A stretch of 64,000 nt of DNA from an uncultured Methanosarcinaceae archaeon (GCA_963847185.1 CAWJYV010000007.1:288001-352000), one strand, 5' to 3'; counted from the first letter of the stretch, positions 1-11,005 are shown. Notes: generated by a model not told the origin, from the sequence alone. Made by a program: numbers and translations.

Positions 1-140
1 TATTTTCTCAATTTTAAAGATGCTGCGGCGTTAGACCATTTCATTATATTTGATATGATATATAATATCTTCGGGATGCCGAATTTTTATAAATATCCAT
101 TGAAACCAAAAAACCTCTCGTCTGGCCCTGAGTCAAAAAG

Positions 141-188
141 AAAGGTTCTAAAAAAAGAGAAGCTCTCTAAAGAGCTCATAGAACCTTT
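141..188 (-). terminator. Stem-loop downstream of acnA (putative terminator/3' stabiliser)
   Basis: aaaggttcta(141-150)/tagaaccttt(179-188) inverted repeat with inner agctct/agagct, ~40 bp past the acnA stop; A-runs on + give U-tracts on the transcript. Confidence 0.5.
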
Positions 189-226
189 CAAATAGAATTT
201 TCATTCAATTCAGCTATTATAATTTG

Positions 227-3034
227 TTATTTTTTCTTCACAGAATCCCGCAGGAACTTATGCAAAATCCCGCCATTCCTGTAGTATTCAATTTCTACAT
301 TTGAATCCAGCCTCAATGTTACCTGGAATCGAATCTCTTCCCCTTTTTCGTCTTTTGCCCTTACAGTGACTTCTCCGTGGGGTTCCATGTTTTCAATACC
401 CAGGATATCATAGCTTTCCTTTCCTGTAAGCCCAAGGGTATCAGCATTTTCTCCAGCTTTAAACTGCAGTGGAAGAACTCCCATGCCTACAAGGTTGCTT
501 CTATGGATTCTCTCAAAGGACTCGGCAATAACTGCCTTAACTCCGAGCAGGAAAGTACCTTTAGCTGCCCAGTCTCTGGAGCTGCCTGTTCCGTATTCCT
601 TTCCTGCTATGATTACGAGGGGAGTATTGTTTTCCGCGTAAAGCATAGCCGCATCATAGATCGGGATTCCTCCGCAGGATTCCTCAGGGAATTCCTCTTT
701 CCGGAGGTGGTATACAGTCCAGCCTCCTTCTCTGCTTACTAGCCTGTTTCTAAGCCTGATATTTCCAAAGGTTCCGCGCATCATTACTTCATGGTTGCCT
801 CGTCTGGATCCATAGGAGTTAAAGTCTTTTGCATCCACTCCCCAGGATATCAGGTACTTGCCTGCGGGACTATCTGAGGGAATATCTCCTGCAGGGGAAA
901 TATGGTCTGTAGTGATGCTATCTCCGAACATAGCCAGAACTCTTGCACCCTTTATATCCTCAAGCAAAGATGACGCAAGCGGGAAGTCTACGAAATAAGG
1001 TGGTTCCTGAATGTAGGTGGACATCGAGTTCCAATCATAGAGGGTACTTGCTGGAACATTCAGTTCTTTCCAGAGTTTGGGGCCCTCAAGAGCGCCTGAA
1101 TACTCTTTTTCAAACATTGAAGGTTTAATGCTGTTCTTTTCAACGTTCCTGATTTCCTCCTCTGCAGGCCAGATATCTTTGAGGTAGACTGGGCGGCCAT
1201 TGGGATCATAAGCAAGAGGATCGGTTTCTAAGTTGATGTTTACAGTTCCTGCAATTGCATAAGCAACCACGAGAGGGGGAGATGCAAGGTAGTTTGCTCT
1301 GACAAGCGGATTGACTCTTCCCTCAAAGTTCCTGTTTCCGCTAAGTACGGCTGCAACAGTAAGATCGTTTTCTTCCACTTCCTTTGCAACAAATTCAGGT
1401 AGGGATCCACTATTTCCTATGCAGGTAGTACAGCCATACCCGACCTGGTGGAAACCCAGGGCTTCGAGGTAGGGCAGAAGGCCTGCAGCTCCAAGGTACT
1501 CCGTAGCGACTCTTGAGCCAGGAGATAGGCTTGTTTTTACAAAGGGTTTTACTCTGAGACCTCTTTCTACAGCCTTTTTAGCGAGCAGTCCGGCTCCTAT
1601 GAGCACAGAAGGATTTGAGGTATTGGTACAGGAAGTAATAGCCGCAATAACTACGGAGCCATGCGTGACTTTAAAGGTCTTTTCTGGAGATTCTGGCTCC
1701 TTTACCTCTTCTACCTCTTGGGATTCAGATTCCCCTGCAGGTGTTCCTCCTTCTCCTACCCAGCGCTGGTAAGCACGGTCTCTGGAAAGTTCAATTCCAG
1801 CCTCTTTCTTCCGGGTAAAGGTCTGTTGCATTGTCTGGCGATAATTTTCAGGTACTTCGCTTAAGAAGAGCTGATCTTGAGGGCGCCTGGGGCCTGCAAG
1901 GCAGGGTTTTACCGTACCCATATCCAGTTCCAGGACACTGCTGAATAGAGGTTCAGGCTTGTGGACAGAATAAAGAAGATCCTGAGCTTCGAGATACTTT
2001 TTCACGAGGTCAACCTGCTCTTCACTCCTGCCAGTTCTCCGCAGGTAGTCCAAGGTCTCGGCATCAGGCGGGAAAATTCCAAGGGTTGCCCCATACTCAG
2101 GAGCCATGTTAGAGATAGTTGCCCTGTCAGGAAGGCTCAGGGAATTCAAACCTGGCCCGAAGAATTCTACGAATTTACCGACAACTCCTTTTTTTCTCAG
2201 AATCTTTGTGATTGTCAGGACAAGGTCTGTGGCAGTAACTCCAGGTTCCAGTTTTCCGTAGAGTTTGAAACCAATAACCTCAGGAACTGGCATATAGTAA
2301 GGCTGTCCGAGCATTACTGCTTCGGCTTCTATGCCTCCTACACCCCAGCCGAGCACTCCTATCCCATTTATCATTGTAGTGTGGGAGTCAGTTCCCACAA
2401 GGGTATCAGGAAATGCCGATAACTCTCCATTCTTTTCTTTAAGGTGCACGAGGGGGGTCAGGTATTCAAGGTTTACCTGATGGATGATTCCTCTTCCAGG
2501 GGGTACAACCCTGAAGTTATCAAAAGCTTTCTGAGCCCAGCGGAGGACAGAATATCTTTCATTATTGCGTTCAAACTCTATTCTCTCGTTTTCCTCAAGA
2601 GAATATGCTGTCCCGTAGGAATCAACCTGAACTGAATGGTCAATGACCAGATCTGCAGGGATAACAGGATTAATTTTCGCTGGGTCGCCCCCAAGACGCT
2701 GCATTGCCGAGCGAAGAGCTGCCAGGTCTACCACAGCAGGAACACCTGTAAAATCCTGCATAATTACTCTTGAAGGAATGAATGGGATGTCTTTTTCTCC
2801 TATATTTTGAGGATTCCAGCGAGCAAGGGCCTCTACATCCTCGGCAGTTATTAGGTGCTTTTCAGTATCTGCATGCCTGAGCAGGGATTCCAGCAAAATC
2901 CTTATGGAATATGGGAGCAGGGAAATCCCCTCAAAGCCTTTTTCTTCCAGTTTGCCCAATCTGTAAATCGTAGCTTTTCCGGCAGCGGTTTCAATAATGT
3001 CTCTTACCCCAAAGGGATCCGGACCTTCTCTCAT
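227..3034 (-). CDS. acnA: Aconitate hydratase AcnA
   Basis: QDFTGVP, DHSVQVD, GTDSHTTM, AITSCTNTSNP, GYGCTTCIGNSG, SGNRNFEGR, TTDHISPAG, GSSRDWAAKG motifs; ATG 3034 follows GGAGGT (ORF track starts at TTG 3055). Confidence 0.97.
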   Translation of the reverse strand: MREGPDPFGVRDIIETAAGKATIYRLGKLEEKGFEGISLLPYSIRILLESLLRHADTEKHLITAEDVEALARWNPQNIGEKDIPFIPSRVIMQDFTGVPAVVDLAALRSAMQRLGGDPAKINPVIPADLVIDHSVQVDSYGTAYSLEENERIEFERNNERYSVLRWAQKAFDNFRVVPPGRGIIHQVNLEYLTPLVHLKEKNGELSAFPDTLVGTDSHTTMINGIGVLGWGVGGIEAEAVMLGQPYYMPVPEVIGFKLYGKLEPGVTATDLVLTITKILRKKGVVGKFVEFFGPGLNSLSLPDRATISNMAPEYGATLGIFPPDAETLDYLRRTGRSEEQVDLVKKYLEAQDLLYSVHKPEPLFSSVLELDMGTVKPCLAGPRRPQDQLFLSEVPENYRQTMQQTFTRKKEAGIELSRDRAYQRWVGEGGTPAGESESQEVEEVKEPESPEKTFKVTHGSVVIAAITSCTNTSNPSVLIGAGLLAKKAVERGLRVKPFVKTSLSPGSRVATEYLGAAGLLPYLEALGFHQVGYGCTTCIGNSGSLPEFVAKEVEENDLTVAAVLSGNRNFEGRVNPLVRANYLASPPLVVAYAIAGTVNINLETDPLAYDPNGRPVYLKDIWPAEEEIRNVEKNSIKPSMFEKEYSGALEGPKLWKELNVPASTLYDWNSMSTYIQEPPYFVDFPLASSLLEDIKGARVLAMFGDSITTDHISPAGDIPSDSPAGKYLISWGVDAKDFNSYGSRRGNHEVMMRGTFGNIRLRNRLVSREGGWTVYHLRKEEFPEESCGGIPIYDAAMLYAENNTPLVIIAGKEYGTGSSRDWAAKGTFLLGVKAVIAESFERIHRSNLVGMGVLPLQFKAGENADTLGLTGKESYDILGIENMEPHGEVTVRAKDEKGEEIRFQVTLRLDSNVEIEYYRNGGILHKFLRDSVKKK

Positions 3035-3373
3035 GTATTTCTTTACCTCCAGCAAAAATATGAAATTAAAACTATGATAATATGGACTTTCCTTTTATCC
3101 TGTGAAAGCTCCATCTTGTCTTTTGACTATTTTATTCCTTCGGGTTTAATTTACCTATGTGGATATGAAAGTTAGGTGCGTACTTACTCTTTTTTCTTAC
3201 TTTTTTTCGAAACAGAATGATACTGTGCTTCAATTAACTTATATCTCTATCTCTATATAATATTGATTTTAGTTTCTAAGCCGAATAATATTGTATAATA
3301 TTGTTATTCATCCAGAATTCAAAGAATCAAACAATTCTGGTTTCTTTATCTGGAATATCTAAAATTAAAAAGG

Positions 3374-3475
3374 AAAATAGGTTAAAACAAAGTAGATTAA
3401 ACTAAAATAGGTTGAAATAAAATAGATTTAACTAAAACAGGTTTAACTAAAATAGGTTGAAAGAAAAAAGATTAG
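3374..3475. repeat. Degenerate 15-bp tandem repeat (~6-7 copies, taaaataggtttaac-like)
   Basis: aaataggttaaaaca/aagtagattaaacta/aaataggttgaaata/aaatagatttaacta/aaacaggtttaacta/aaataggttgaaaga. Confidence 0.75.
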
Positions 3476-3482
3476 GGGCTGC

Positions 3483-4937
3483 TTATTCTTCAGCAGCTCC
3501 AATTGTTACGGTATACTCAAAGTTTTCAGTGTTTTTGGGCAGGATTGAGAGTGTCCATTTTCCCGCAGCTCCTGGGACTTTATAGGTTTCTACAAAGGTT
3601 GTAGTTCCTCCCTGGTAGCTTCCCTGGTTATTTGTTCCCGTGTCCCCTGCAATTCTTGTGTCGTATAATATAGGATATGGCTGTGGATAAGTATCATCCA
3701 CTACACTAATTGAACCGATGTATTTTGTGTTTACAAGAGCAGGCTTAACATCTTTTCCTGAGGGGTTTTTCAGGCTTATATTAAAGGAAGGGGTCAGATT
3801 CTCGTTTCCTCCACTTGTATACAGGCCGTACCCGTACTGATAGGATTTAACTTCTATGGTAATGGGTCCGTCTGTTTTTGCTTCAAAGGCAGTTTCGTAA
3901 GGTTCTTTCATAACCGGAAGGATACGGAAGCTGAGAGAAACTCTTCCTGCATATTCCTGGATTCCCGGGTCATCAATGTTCAGGTCAAGACTGTCACTGT
4001 AGCTGCCCTTTGCATTGGCAGGAACCGCAAGTTTAAGCTTTACAACGGCTGTTTGCCCTGCTTTTATTTTATCTGGAGATTCCACAGTAATTGCCTCTTT
4101 TCCAAAGGCCTGTCCTAACGCAGTTGGGGAAGAAGCTACAGAGGAAGAAGCTACAGAGGAAGAAGCCATGTCTACAGAGGAGGATACGCTCTCAGCGTAA
4201 ACAATATTTCCTTCTTCAGTAAGCTCGGGGGAGAGGGAAATATCTTTATCTCCAGTATTCTTGAGCTTTATCTCATAAGTATAGTCTTTTCCTGCTTCCA
4301 CCAGATCATTGACATAAGGTGTAAGGATCTGAACTGTCGGTGGAACCCAAACCTGTATGTTCAGCTGCATTGTGCCCGGGAAGCTCGCATAATAACCTGC
4401 TACATCTCCTTCAGGTACGTTTTCCGTAAAGGCTATGAGTACGGCGTAATTTCCAATTTCAGCATCTTCTGGTATGTTCACCTTTACCTCAAACTCCTCT
4501 TTCTCTCCGGGATTAAGAGATTTTTCGGAGGGACTTATGCTGATCCAGCTTTCATTTATGAACTTTTCAGTATACGGGATAATTAAAGGCTTTGGATTGA
4601 GTTCTATTGTTTTGTTGTCTTTGTTTGTCACGGTTACAGTAAAGTTTTCACTGTCCCCGGGCTGTACCTGTAAGTACTTATAAGTCGGATCGATAGTTAT
4701 TTTTTCGAACTCAGGGAAATAATCTCCAGCAGCTGCAGATGAAGGCGCACTGCCTGCTCCAACTTTCGCCTGCACGGCTTCATCCTCTGTGATCTCTACA
4801 GCATTTGTATCAGTTTTATCCTTTACAATCTCCAGAGTATTTTTGGCCCCTGCCCCTGCGCAAACAATCGAAATGATTGCTATAAAAAGGAGCCCACATA
4901 TAATTCCCTTTAACATCTTTGTATTATGTGTACTCAT
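3483..4937 (-). CDS. Secreted/cell-surface protein with Ig-like (NEW3/COG1470-like) domains
   Basis: Hydrophobic N-terminal signal; two domains of the type VQPG..ENFTVTVTN..LNPGE..FEVKVNIPEDA..GNY and VEAGK..YEIKLKNTGD..LAVPANA.GSY; SSVAS repeat linker; GAGGTGA RBS before ATG 4937. Confidence 0.7.
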   Translation of the reverse strand: MSTHNTKMLKGIICGLLFIAIISIVCAGAGAKNTLEIVKDKTDTNAVEITEDEAVQAKVGAGSAPSSAAAGDYFPEFEKITIDPTYKYLQVQPGDSENFTVTVTNKDNKTIELNPKPLIIPYTEKFINESWISISPSEKSLNPGEKEEFEVKVNIPEDAEIGNYAVLIAFTENVPEGDVAGYYASFPGTMQLNIQVWVPPTVQILTPYVNDLVEAGKDYTYEIKLKNTGDKDISLSPELTEEGNIVYAESVSSSVDMASSSVASSSVASSPTALGQAFGKEAITVESPDKIKAGQTAVVKLKLAVPANAKGSYSDSLDLNIDDPGIQEYAGRVSLSFRILPVMKEPYETAFEAKTDGPITIEVKSYQYGYGLYTSGGNENLTPSFNISLKNPSGKDVKPALVNTKYIGSISVVDDTYPQPYPILYDTRIAGDTGTNNQGSYQGGTTTFVETYKVPGAAGKWTLSILPKNTENFEYTVTIGAAEE

Positions 4938-5335
4938 AGTATTCACCTCGCTCATTATTTACAAGGCGTGAAACTTATAAAAGAATTACTTAAACTACGA
5001 ATTCATTTGCAGTTATTTTCAGAAAATAAGGGTTTAAACACGTTATTTTTTCCTTTTTCTCCTTTTCAGAGCTCGTATCCCAAAAAGGTTTGTTTAATGT
5101 CTTTTTGAAACTCGGTTTTGTCCCCAGTTCTTAAAGGTTTGACTTTACAGCAAGAGGTAAACGGAAAGAAATATCAAATCTAAGGATTAAACTCTAGTAA
5201 GTGTTTATGTCCCTGAAGTAAGTACTTTTGATAAGATAATAAGTATGATTTGTGAGATAAGTAATTATGATCCTAAGGTAAATATTAAGATTAGAAGTAA
5301 TAGCGTTTGCTCTTAAAACCGCCTCACGCTGCGAA

Positions 5336-6136
5336 ATGTTCGGATACCGACAGAGGTATTTTGTTTCAGAAAGGGATGGGATGTTCTTGCTTAAAAATAA
5401 AAAAGGAGTATTTGATAAGCTTTCAGATGCAGGTCTCAGGATCCGAAATAAATCTGAGTCAAGAAAGGCTTTATCACGTGATTCTTTTTTTGAATCAGGG
5501 CCTTTGATAGATGCTGATTTTGTTGAGGTAGGTGAAGATAATCATTCTTGTTCAGATTCTTCTTCCTCTTCTTCTGAATCAAATTCCAAGTCAACAATTG
5601 ACTCAGAATTGCTGGAAAATCTTAGAGAATACCTCAAAACGAGGTCTCAGGAAGAAATCTCAGAGATATTTGGAGAAATCCGGAAAATTCTGGAAAACAG
5701 ATCTTTTGAAAGTAAATCAAGTTCTGGAAAGGGAAAAGAAGCCCCTTATAATGAAAGATTAAATCTAAAAGAAATTTCAAAGAAGGCCTTTATAATCTTT
5801 CGTGAAACTGCTTCCTTTGGAAAGAAGCAAATAATGGATGCCTCAAAAACCGCCTCGATACAGGCATCATCAATAGCATCAGAGGGGAAAGAATCAATAA
5901 AACTATCTTCAAAAAAATTCAATGAGCACTGGAACAATTTAAGTCCGCGAGATCGACAAATTATTTCCGAACTAATAGTTGCAATGATCGAAATAGGTTT
6001 GCTTAAAGGAGCCAGTAAAAGTAAAAAAGCAGCTTTTGCCATTTTGTCAAGTGTTTACAGGCATCAGACTCCTGGCAGAACAGACCTGGAAGAGTTTGCA
6101 GAGGGTTTACAGAAACTTTTCAAGCGGAAGCGTTAA
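5336..6136 (+). CDS. Hypothetical protein (Ser-rich linker, helical, Lys-rich); start may be 5381
   Basis: 266-aa ORF filling the gap; stop overlaps the convergent vWA gene stop by 4 bp. Confidence 0.65.
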   Translation: MFGYRQRYFVSERDGMFLLKNKKGVFDKLSDAGLRIRNKSESRKALSRDSFFESGPLIDADFVEVGEDNHSCSDSSSSSSESNSKSTIDSELLENLREYLKTRSQEEISEIFGEIRKILENRSFESKSSSGKGKEAPYNERLNLKEISKKAFIIFRETASFGKKQIMDASKTASIQASSIASEGKESIKLSSKKFNEHWNNLSPRDRQIISELIVAMIEIGLLKGASKSKKAAFAILSSVYRHQTPGRTDLEEFAEGLQKLFKRKR

Positions 6137-7908
6137 AACCTGATATGTCTGCTTATTGCCTTTACAAAGCTTGCAGGGCTCTCTTCTACTTCCCAGTTTT
6201 CTGAATTTCTGATGATGTATGTATGGTCTGAAACCTGTTCCAGCCCGCCTGCATCATAATTTCCTATTATTAGAGAGAATATTCGGGCCTTTTTTTCAGC
6301 TTTTATCTCATTCCATTCTCTTATAAGGGGCCTTTCGGAAAGTTCGGATATCCCGTCTGTAAGGAAAAGAAGATCTGCTCCTTCAAAGGCTCTTTCTGTT
6401 TTCATCGCCTTCAGGCCTGCTCGAAGTGCGGTATTGAAATCCGTCCCTCCTCCGAAAGTAAATTTGAGGAATTCAAGGAACTCCTGGCCCATACGCTTTT
6501 TATCCGTAAGCTCAATTTCAAAGGTCTGCCACTTTGAGGAAAAGAGAATTACTTTTACGTCCCTGCCTTCTCTCAGCATTCTTTTTGCAACTGCCAGCAT
6601 CACGGCTTTTGCCAGGGTCTCCGAACTTCCTCTCATAGAGGCCGATGTGTCCACAAGAGCAATTACCGGGCCTTTTCTTTTTTTTCCTGCAGTGTCCGAG
6701 TTCCAGTTTTCTCCTTTTAACTGGTAAGTCAGGAGTTTTCCTTCCAGCATGTCAGCATAAAATTTTCGTTTTAAAAGGGGATTTTTCAACTTTACCGTCT
6801 CTACCGGAAGCAGGGTCTGGATCTCACTTGACATGGTAATTGAGTGTACCTCACTTTTGCTGTATGGAGAAAGATTTAATTTTTTTGAGCCGTATTCAAG
6901 TTCGATTCTTCCAATATGTTCCAGAATTTTGTGAAGCTCGGAACTCTTCCTAAGAATTGCTGCATATTTTTCAAGATTTCCAAAGTATTCCCTGTGCAGG
7001 GCTTGCAAGGAGTAGTTCCAGGTTTTTCCTGGAAAAAGCATTGAAAGGATTTCAAGCATCTCAAGATTGTCTTCAAGAACAGGGATAAGCTTTTCAATAC
7101 TTGCAGCTAGCCTTTCTCCTACTACTGAATCCAGTATCTCTCCCGCTTTTTCGCAGGCCATAAATTCTCTGGTCAGCGAAGCTAGTTTTTCTGACCCCAT
7201 CACTTCTCCAGATTGCTGTTCAGAATTTTCCAGGGCCTCATCCTCAAAACCTTTAAGGAAATTTTCCTGATTTCCCCCTTTCTCTTGTTTTTCTCTTATC
7301 TCGTGCTTTTCTTCATATTCCTGATTTTTCTGATTGTCTTCTTCAGGTACAGGTTTTTCCAGGGGAATATTCTGTTCAGCCTGCCACTGGAAATTTTTCT
7401 CCATCCCCTGAAATCTTTTCTTTTCCCATACAGCCTGAGTCTCATTTATCAATTTTTTCAGGGCTGTCAGGGTTTTTTCCAGATTTTTGGGAAATTTCTT
7501 TGAAAATTCGTATTCTATTTTTCCGAAGTCATCGAGTAGTGAAAAAATCTCGTCAAGAAGAGTTCTCAGGATAAAGATTCCTGCCATGTTATTGGCAGCG
7601 GCAAGGGTCTTTATTTCTGCCCAGCCTTCCAGGCTCCTCATGTTCAAAAATATTGGGTAAAAGACCCCAAACTTTCTCATAAATAGCTTTTCATCCTTTA
7701 TTTCATATCCATTTTCTGAAAAAAGCTCATAAATAAGAATTTCTGCAATCCCTTCCCTTAATTTTCTTGGCGTCTTTCGTGGGATTGCCAAAATATTTCT
7801 TAGTTCAAAATTCAAGATTGTAAAGGGACTGAAGGTATTGTCGAATGGTAAAGAGCCTTGTCCAGACTTACCTTCAGCCTTTTCCATCGGGATTTTTGAT
7901 TCCTGCAT
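6133..7908 (-). CDS. vWA-domain protein, ViaA/CoxE-like
   Basis: C-terminal MIDAS GPVIALVDTSASMRG, FGGGTDFNTAL, ADLLFLTDG; LLPVE..L..P.LKRKFY..MLEGKLLTY segment typical of the ViaA family. Confidence 0.88.
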   Translation of the reverse strand: MQESKIPMEKAEGKSGQGSLPFDNTFSPFTILNFELRNILAIPRKTPRKLREGIAEILIYELFSENGYEIKDEKLFMRKFGVFYPIFLNMRSLEGWAEIKTLAAANNMAGIFILRTLLDEIFSLLDDFGKIEYEFSKKFPKNLEKTLTALKKLINETQAVWEKKRFQGMEKNFQWQAEQNIPLEKPVPEEDNQKNQEYEEKHEIREKQEKGGNQENFLKGFEDEALENSEQQSGEVMGSEKLASLTREFMACEKAGEILDSVVGERLAASIEKLIPVLEDNLEMLEILSMLFPGKTWNYSLQALHREYFGNLEKYAAILRKSSELHKILEHIGRIELEYGSKKLNLSPYSKSEVHSITMSSEIQTLLPVETVKLKNPLLKRKFYADMLEGKLLTYQLKGENWNSDTAGKKRKGPVIALVDTSASMRGSSETLAKAVMLAVAKRMLREGRDVKVILFSSKWQTFEIELTDKKRMGQEFLEFLKFTFGGGTDFNTALRAGLKAMKTERAFEGADLLFLTDGISELSERPLIREWNEIKAEKKARIFSLIIGNYDAGGLEQVSDHTYIIRNSENWEVEESPASFVKAISRHIRF

Positions 7909-8509
7909 ATTTTCCTTTCCCGTACTTTTTTAAAACTTTTCAGATATTTTTATTCAATTCTTTTTCTGTACTCTGGTTACATTTCTTAGTTATTGGTTAA
8001 TCTAACAAAAAGAAAGTTTTTTGTGAGGGATTCGAATATTTTTATGCATATTGTTTTTTCTTAATTTATATTTCAATATGGATATATAGTCAAGTTATAT
8101 TATCAAAATAAATAATTGGTTAAATTATGAAAATTTAGATTATTAATGATGAGACTTTAATTTCCTAATTTCTACTTCTCGATATATTATATCATTTGAA
8201 CTTTAATACTCTAATTGTCTGCCTGAAACCTTTCTCATTTGTATGTAGAAATATAAACTGAGACGTTAGAACATTTCTACTGTTTAGATTTTGTGAGTAT
8301 TGGGTAGGTCACAGAACTTGCACGATTGAACTGATGTATAATAGTATTAAATCGTTAACTGTCTAAAATACATCTTTAAACTATGATGTTTTGTGATCGT
8401 GATTCGTATATCAAAGATAAGGACTAAGTTAACTGCAAGGTTATTTTCACGACTAAGTCCATAAATACTCTGAATTATATTACAATTTAATAATAGTGGG
8501 GTCAAAAAT

Positions 8510-8803
8510 ATGAGTAAGAATAATGGAATAAGGGGTGTGTCCATATTTGTTGGAGTGCTGCTTTGTATAACATTAACGCAGCCTGCAATTGCGCCATGGA
8601 ACTCTCCGAACTGGAACATACCAAATTGGAACGCAACGGACTGGAATACAACTACAGGGAATTCAACTCTAGTAAACACAACTACAGAGAACACAACGAC
8701 ATGGAATTCAACTAATGGTTCTGTTCCATCCTCAAATCTCATGAACATTTCTATTCCGGCTTTCAAGGGAATAAATGTTTCAATTCCGCGAAATGGAACG
8801 TAA
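8510..8803 (+). CDS. Small secreted Asn/Thr/Trp-rich protein
   Basis: Signal-peptide-like N-terminus (VSIFVGVLLCITLTQPAIA), WNxPN/WNxT repeats, ~10 N-x-S/T sequons; GGGGT upstream. Confidence 0.6.
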   Translation: MSKNNGIRGVSIFVGVLLCITLTQPAIAPWNSPNWNIPNWNATDWNTTTGNSTLVNTTTENTTTWNSTNGSVPSSNLMNISIPAFKGINVSIPRNGT

Positions 8804-8993
8804 TTACCGGAATATAATAACATTGAATGAAATACCTGGAATAAGATACAACAAAGGCTTGCGAGGTTGAATCAGCTAGTTATCAAATCTAAAAAACGAG
8901 CAATTCCTTTTTCAGGAATATTGTGAGGTTTTATGCTCATTATTTTCAATAGTTGATTCCATGCCTCATATTTTTTAATCGCAACTCCCTTTT

Positions 8994-10514
8994 TCAGGCT
9001 ACTTCTCCTGCCTTCTCAAATACAACATCAAATACCTTTGGTTTCTCCAGCAGGAGCCGTATCTCGTTCAAGTTGCTTGCGATCTCGTAGATGTCTGTGT
9101 TTTTAGACCGGTATTTAATCAGAATTTCCTGCCCATCCTGCCCAGAAATCCATATATTCTCTTTCAGGGTATTTTCAAGGGCTTTTTCTTCTTCTTGAAT
9201 CTGTTTTTTAAAGTAGTTCAGTCTGTCCTCCAGATTTTCATACTCTTTTTCATAGAGTTTTTTGTCTCCGTAATCTAGACTGATTTTGAATTCAAATCCG
9301 TATTTCCTGCGGAACCTGTCTGCTACGGATTCAAAGCTCAGGGAGCTGTTTATATTACTGAAATCGAGCCCGAAACTATAGGTATGGTTAGGGAATTCAA
9401 TATGGTGCTTCAGGAGGTCAAGCGAGTTGTCAAATGTAAGGCTCTTCTGGACCTTCGTTCCGGAAAACCTTGAGCTTCTAATGCCGTCTGTTTTCTTCTC
9501 CTCTTCAAAACACTTATTGCAGGCTACAAGGTCAGGAAGTTCTTTTTGCAGGCAGCTATAAATCGAATTTCTCAGGTCAATAACATCCATTTTCAGTTTT
9601 CTTGTATCCGTACCTCCGGAAACCACCCTATCCATGATAAGCTTCCGTATAGTTTCCCTCTGTTCAGGAACGTCCCAGAGCATATGCTGGAGCAGCACGA
9701 CAGTCATCCTGTTTACGCTTGCATGCCCGTTTGTAGCTGAGGCGACTTTCAGCACATTTATGATTTTTTTCCAGCGCCTGTCTGAGACAACTATATTGGA
9801 GTTTTTAAGCTCTCTCCTGAGTCCCTTTATTATTGTCCGAACCTCAGGGTCAACTTGGAGATCTCTGGCTTTCCTCCGGATTTCTCTTATTTCTTCTATC
9901 CCGAGCTTAGTTGAAGGTAAGAAGTCTTCTGCATTTTCAAAGATAATGTCTTCAAGGTTTTCTTCGTGCTGGATATAATCCACTCTGTATCTGAAAAGAA
10001 AACGGTCGTACAGAGCTTCAAGGCTTTCATCTTCTTCAGGCAGCTCATTGGATGCCCCGAAAACGGAAAAAAGGGGAACTTCAAGAATCTCTTTTCCATT
10101 ATGGTACTTCCTTTCGTTCAGAACGGTTAGCAGGCTGTTTAAAATGGAACTGTTTGCTTTGAATATCTCATCAAGAAGCGCTATATGGGCAGTTGGCAGA
10201 TAGCCTTCTACCCGCCTGCTGAACTCATCTCTCTCAAGCGCCTTTAAGGAAAGTGGCCCAAATATTTCTTCAGGGGTCGAAAAACGGGTCAAGAGATAAT
10301 GAAAGAAATTTCCTCCCTCTATGGTCTCACAGATTTTACTTGCAAGCAGGGTTTTTGCAGTTCCCGGGGGACCAAGCAGAAGGACGTGTTCTCCTGACAG
10401 AAGTGCAAGAAGAGAGCCATTGATTTCGGCATCTCTTTCTTTAAAGTAAGCTGAGAATTCCTGTTTGATATTAATAACTATATTTTTTAAATCCAGAACT
10501 TTCATAAATTCCAA
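8994..10514 (-). CDS. MoxR-family AAA+ ATPase, RavA-like
   Basis: Walker A GPPGTAKT, YLLTRFSTPEEIFGP, Walker B LLDEIFKANSSILNSLLTVLNER, GASNELP, EALYDRF, SDRRWKK. Confidence 0.92.
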   Translation of the reverse strand: MEFMKVLDLKNIVINIKQEFSAYFKERDAEINGSLLALLSGEHVLLLGPPGTAKTLLASKICETIEGGNFFHYLLTRFSTPEEIFGPLSLKALERDEFSRRVEGYLPTAHIALLDEIFKANSSILNSLLTVLNERKYHNGKEILEVPLFSVFGASNELPEEDESLEALYDRFLFRYRVDYIQHEENLEDIIFENAEDFLPSTKLGIEEIREIRRKARDLQVDPEVRTIIKGLRRELKNSNIVVSDRRWKKIINVLKVASATNGHASVNRMTVVLLQHMLWDVPEQRETIRKLIMDRVVSGGTDTRKLKMDVIDLRNSIYSCLQKELPDLVACNKCFEEEKKTDGIRSSRFSGTKVQKSLTFDNSLDLLKHHIEFPNHTYSFGLDFSNINSSLSFESVADRFRRKYGFEFKISLDYGDKKLYEKEYENLEDRLNYFKKQIQEEEKALENTLKENIWISGQDGQEILIKYRSKNTDIYEIASNLNEIRLLLEKPKVFDVVFEKAGEVA

Positions 10515-11005
10515 AACCTTTATAAATTTCTTTTTTCCAGCATCTCATCTATAATATATGAAAAGAATCTTATAAGGATCTATAAAGATTGTTATAACTG
10601 TAAGCTACAGAAGCCGGTTAGGAAGATCTAAAAATGAATTCACCATTTTTATGGGCTTTACCTTGTTTATTATCCCAAAAATCCTGGTTAATTACCCCAA
10701 AAAATTTCTAATCCTTAACCATCAACACGCCTACTGATTATACTTTCTTCTTACTGATATACTTTTCTGTATTGAAAACTTGAATTTGGAGCCTACTTTA
10801 TTTAATAAATCCTATTGTTTCCTGCTATCCGAAGAGATTATGCATGAAGAAGTCAATCACTACTGAAATGATTTTAATTTCTCTGGATAATAGGTCTCTA
10901 CAAGTTAATAGCGTTCCGAAGGATAGTAGCTTTTGAGATGTCGTATTCTTGAGACTAATGAGAAAAAAGAGACCTGAGAAAAATCAATATTTTGGAGAGA
11001 TTTAG

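Noticed and set aside
8145-8230. Possible C/D box sRNA (ATGATGA...CTGA)
   Set aside because: Longer than typical archaeal C/D guides, very AT-rich, no C'/D' boxes
8347-8823. 158-aa - strand ORF between the vWA and AAA genes
   Set aside because: Antisense to the + strand 97-aa ORF, which has the more credible signal peptide and composition
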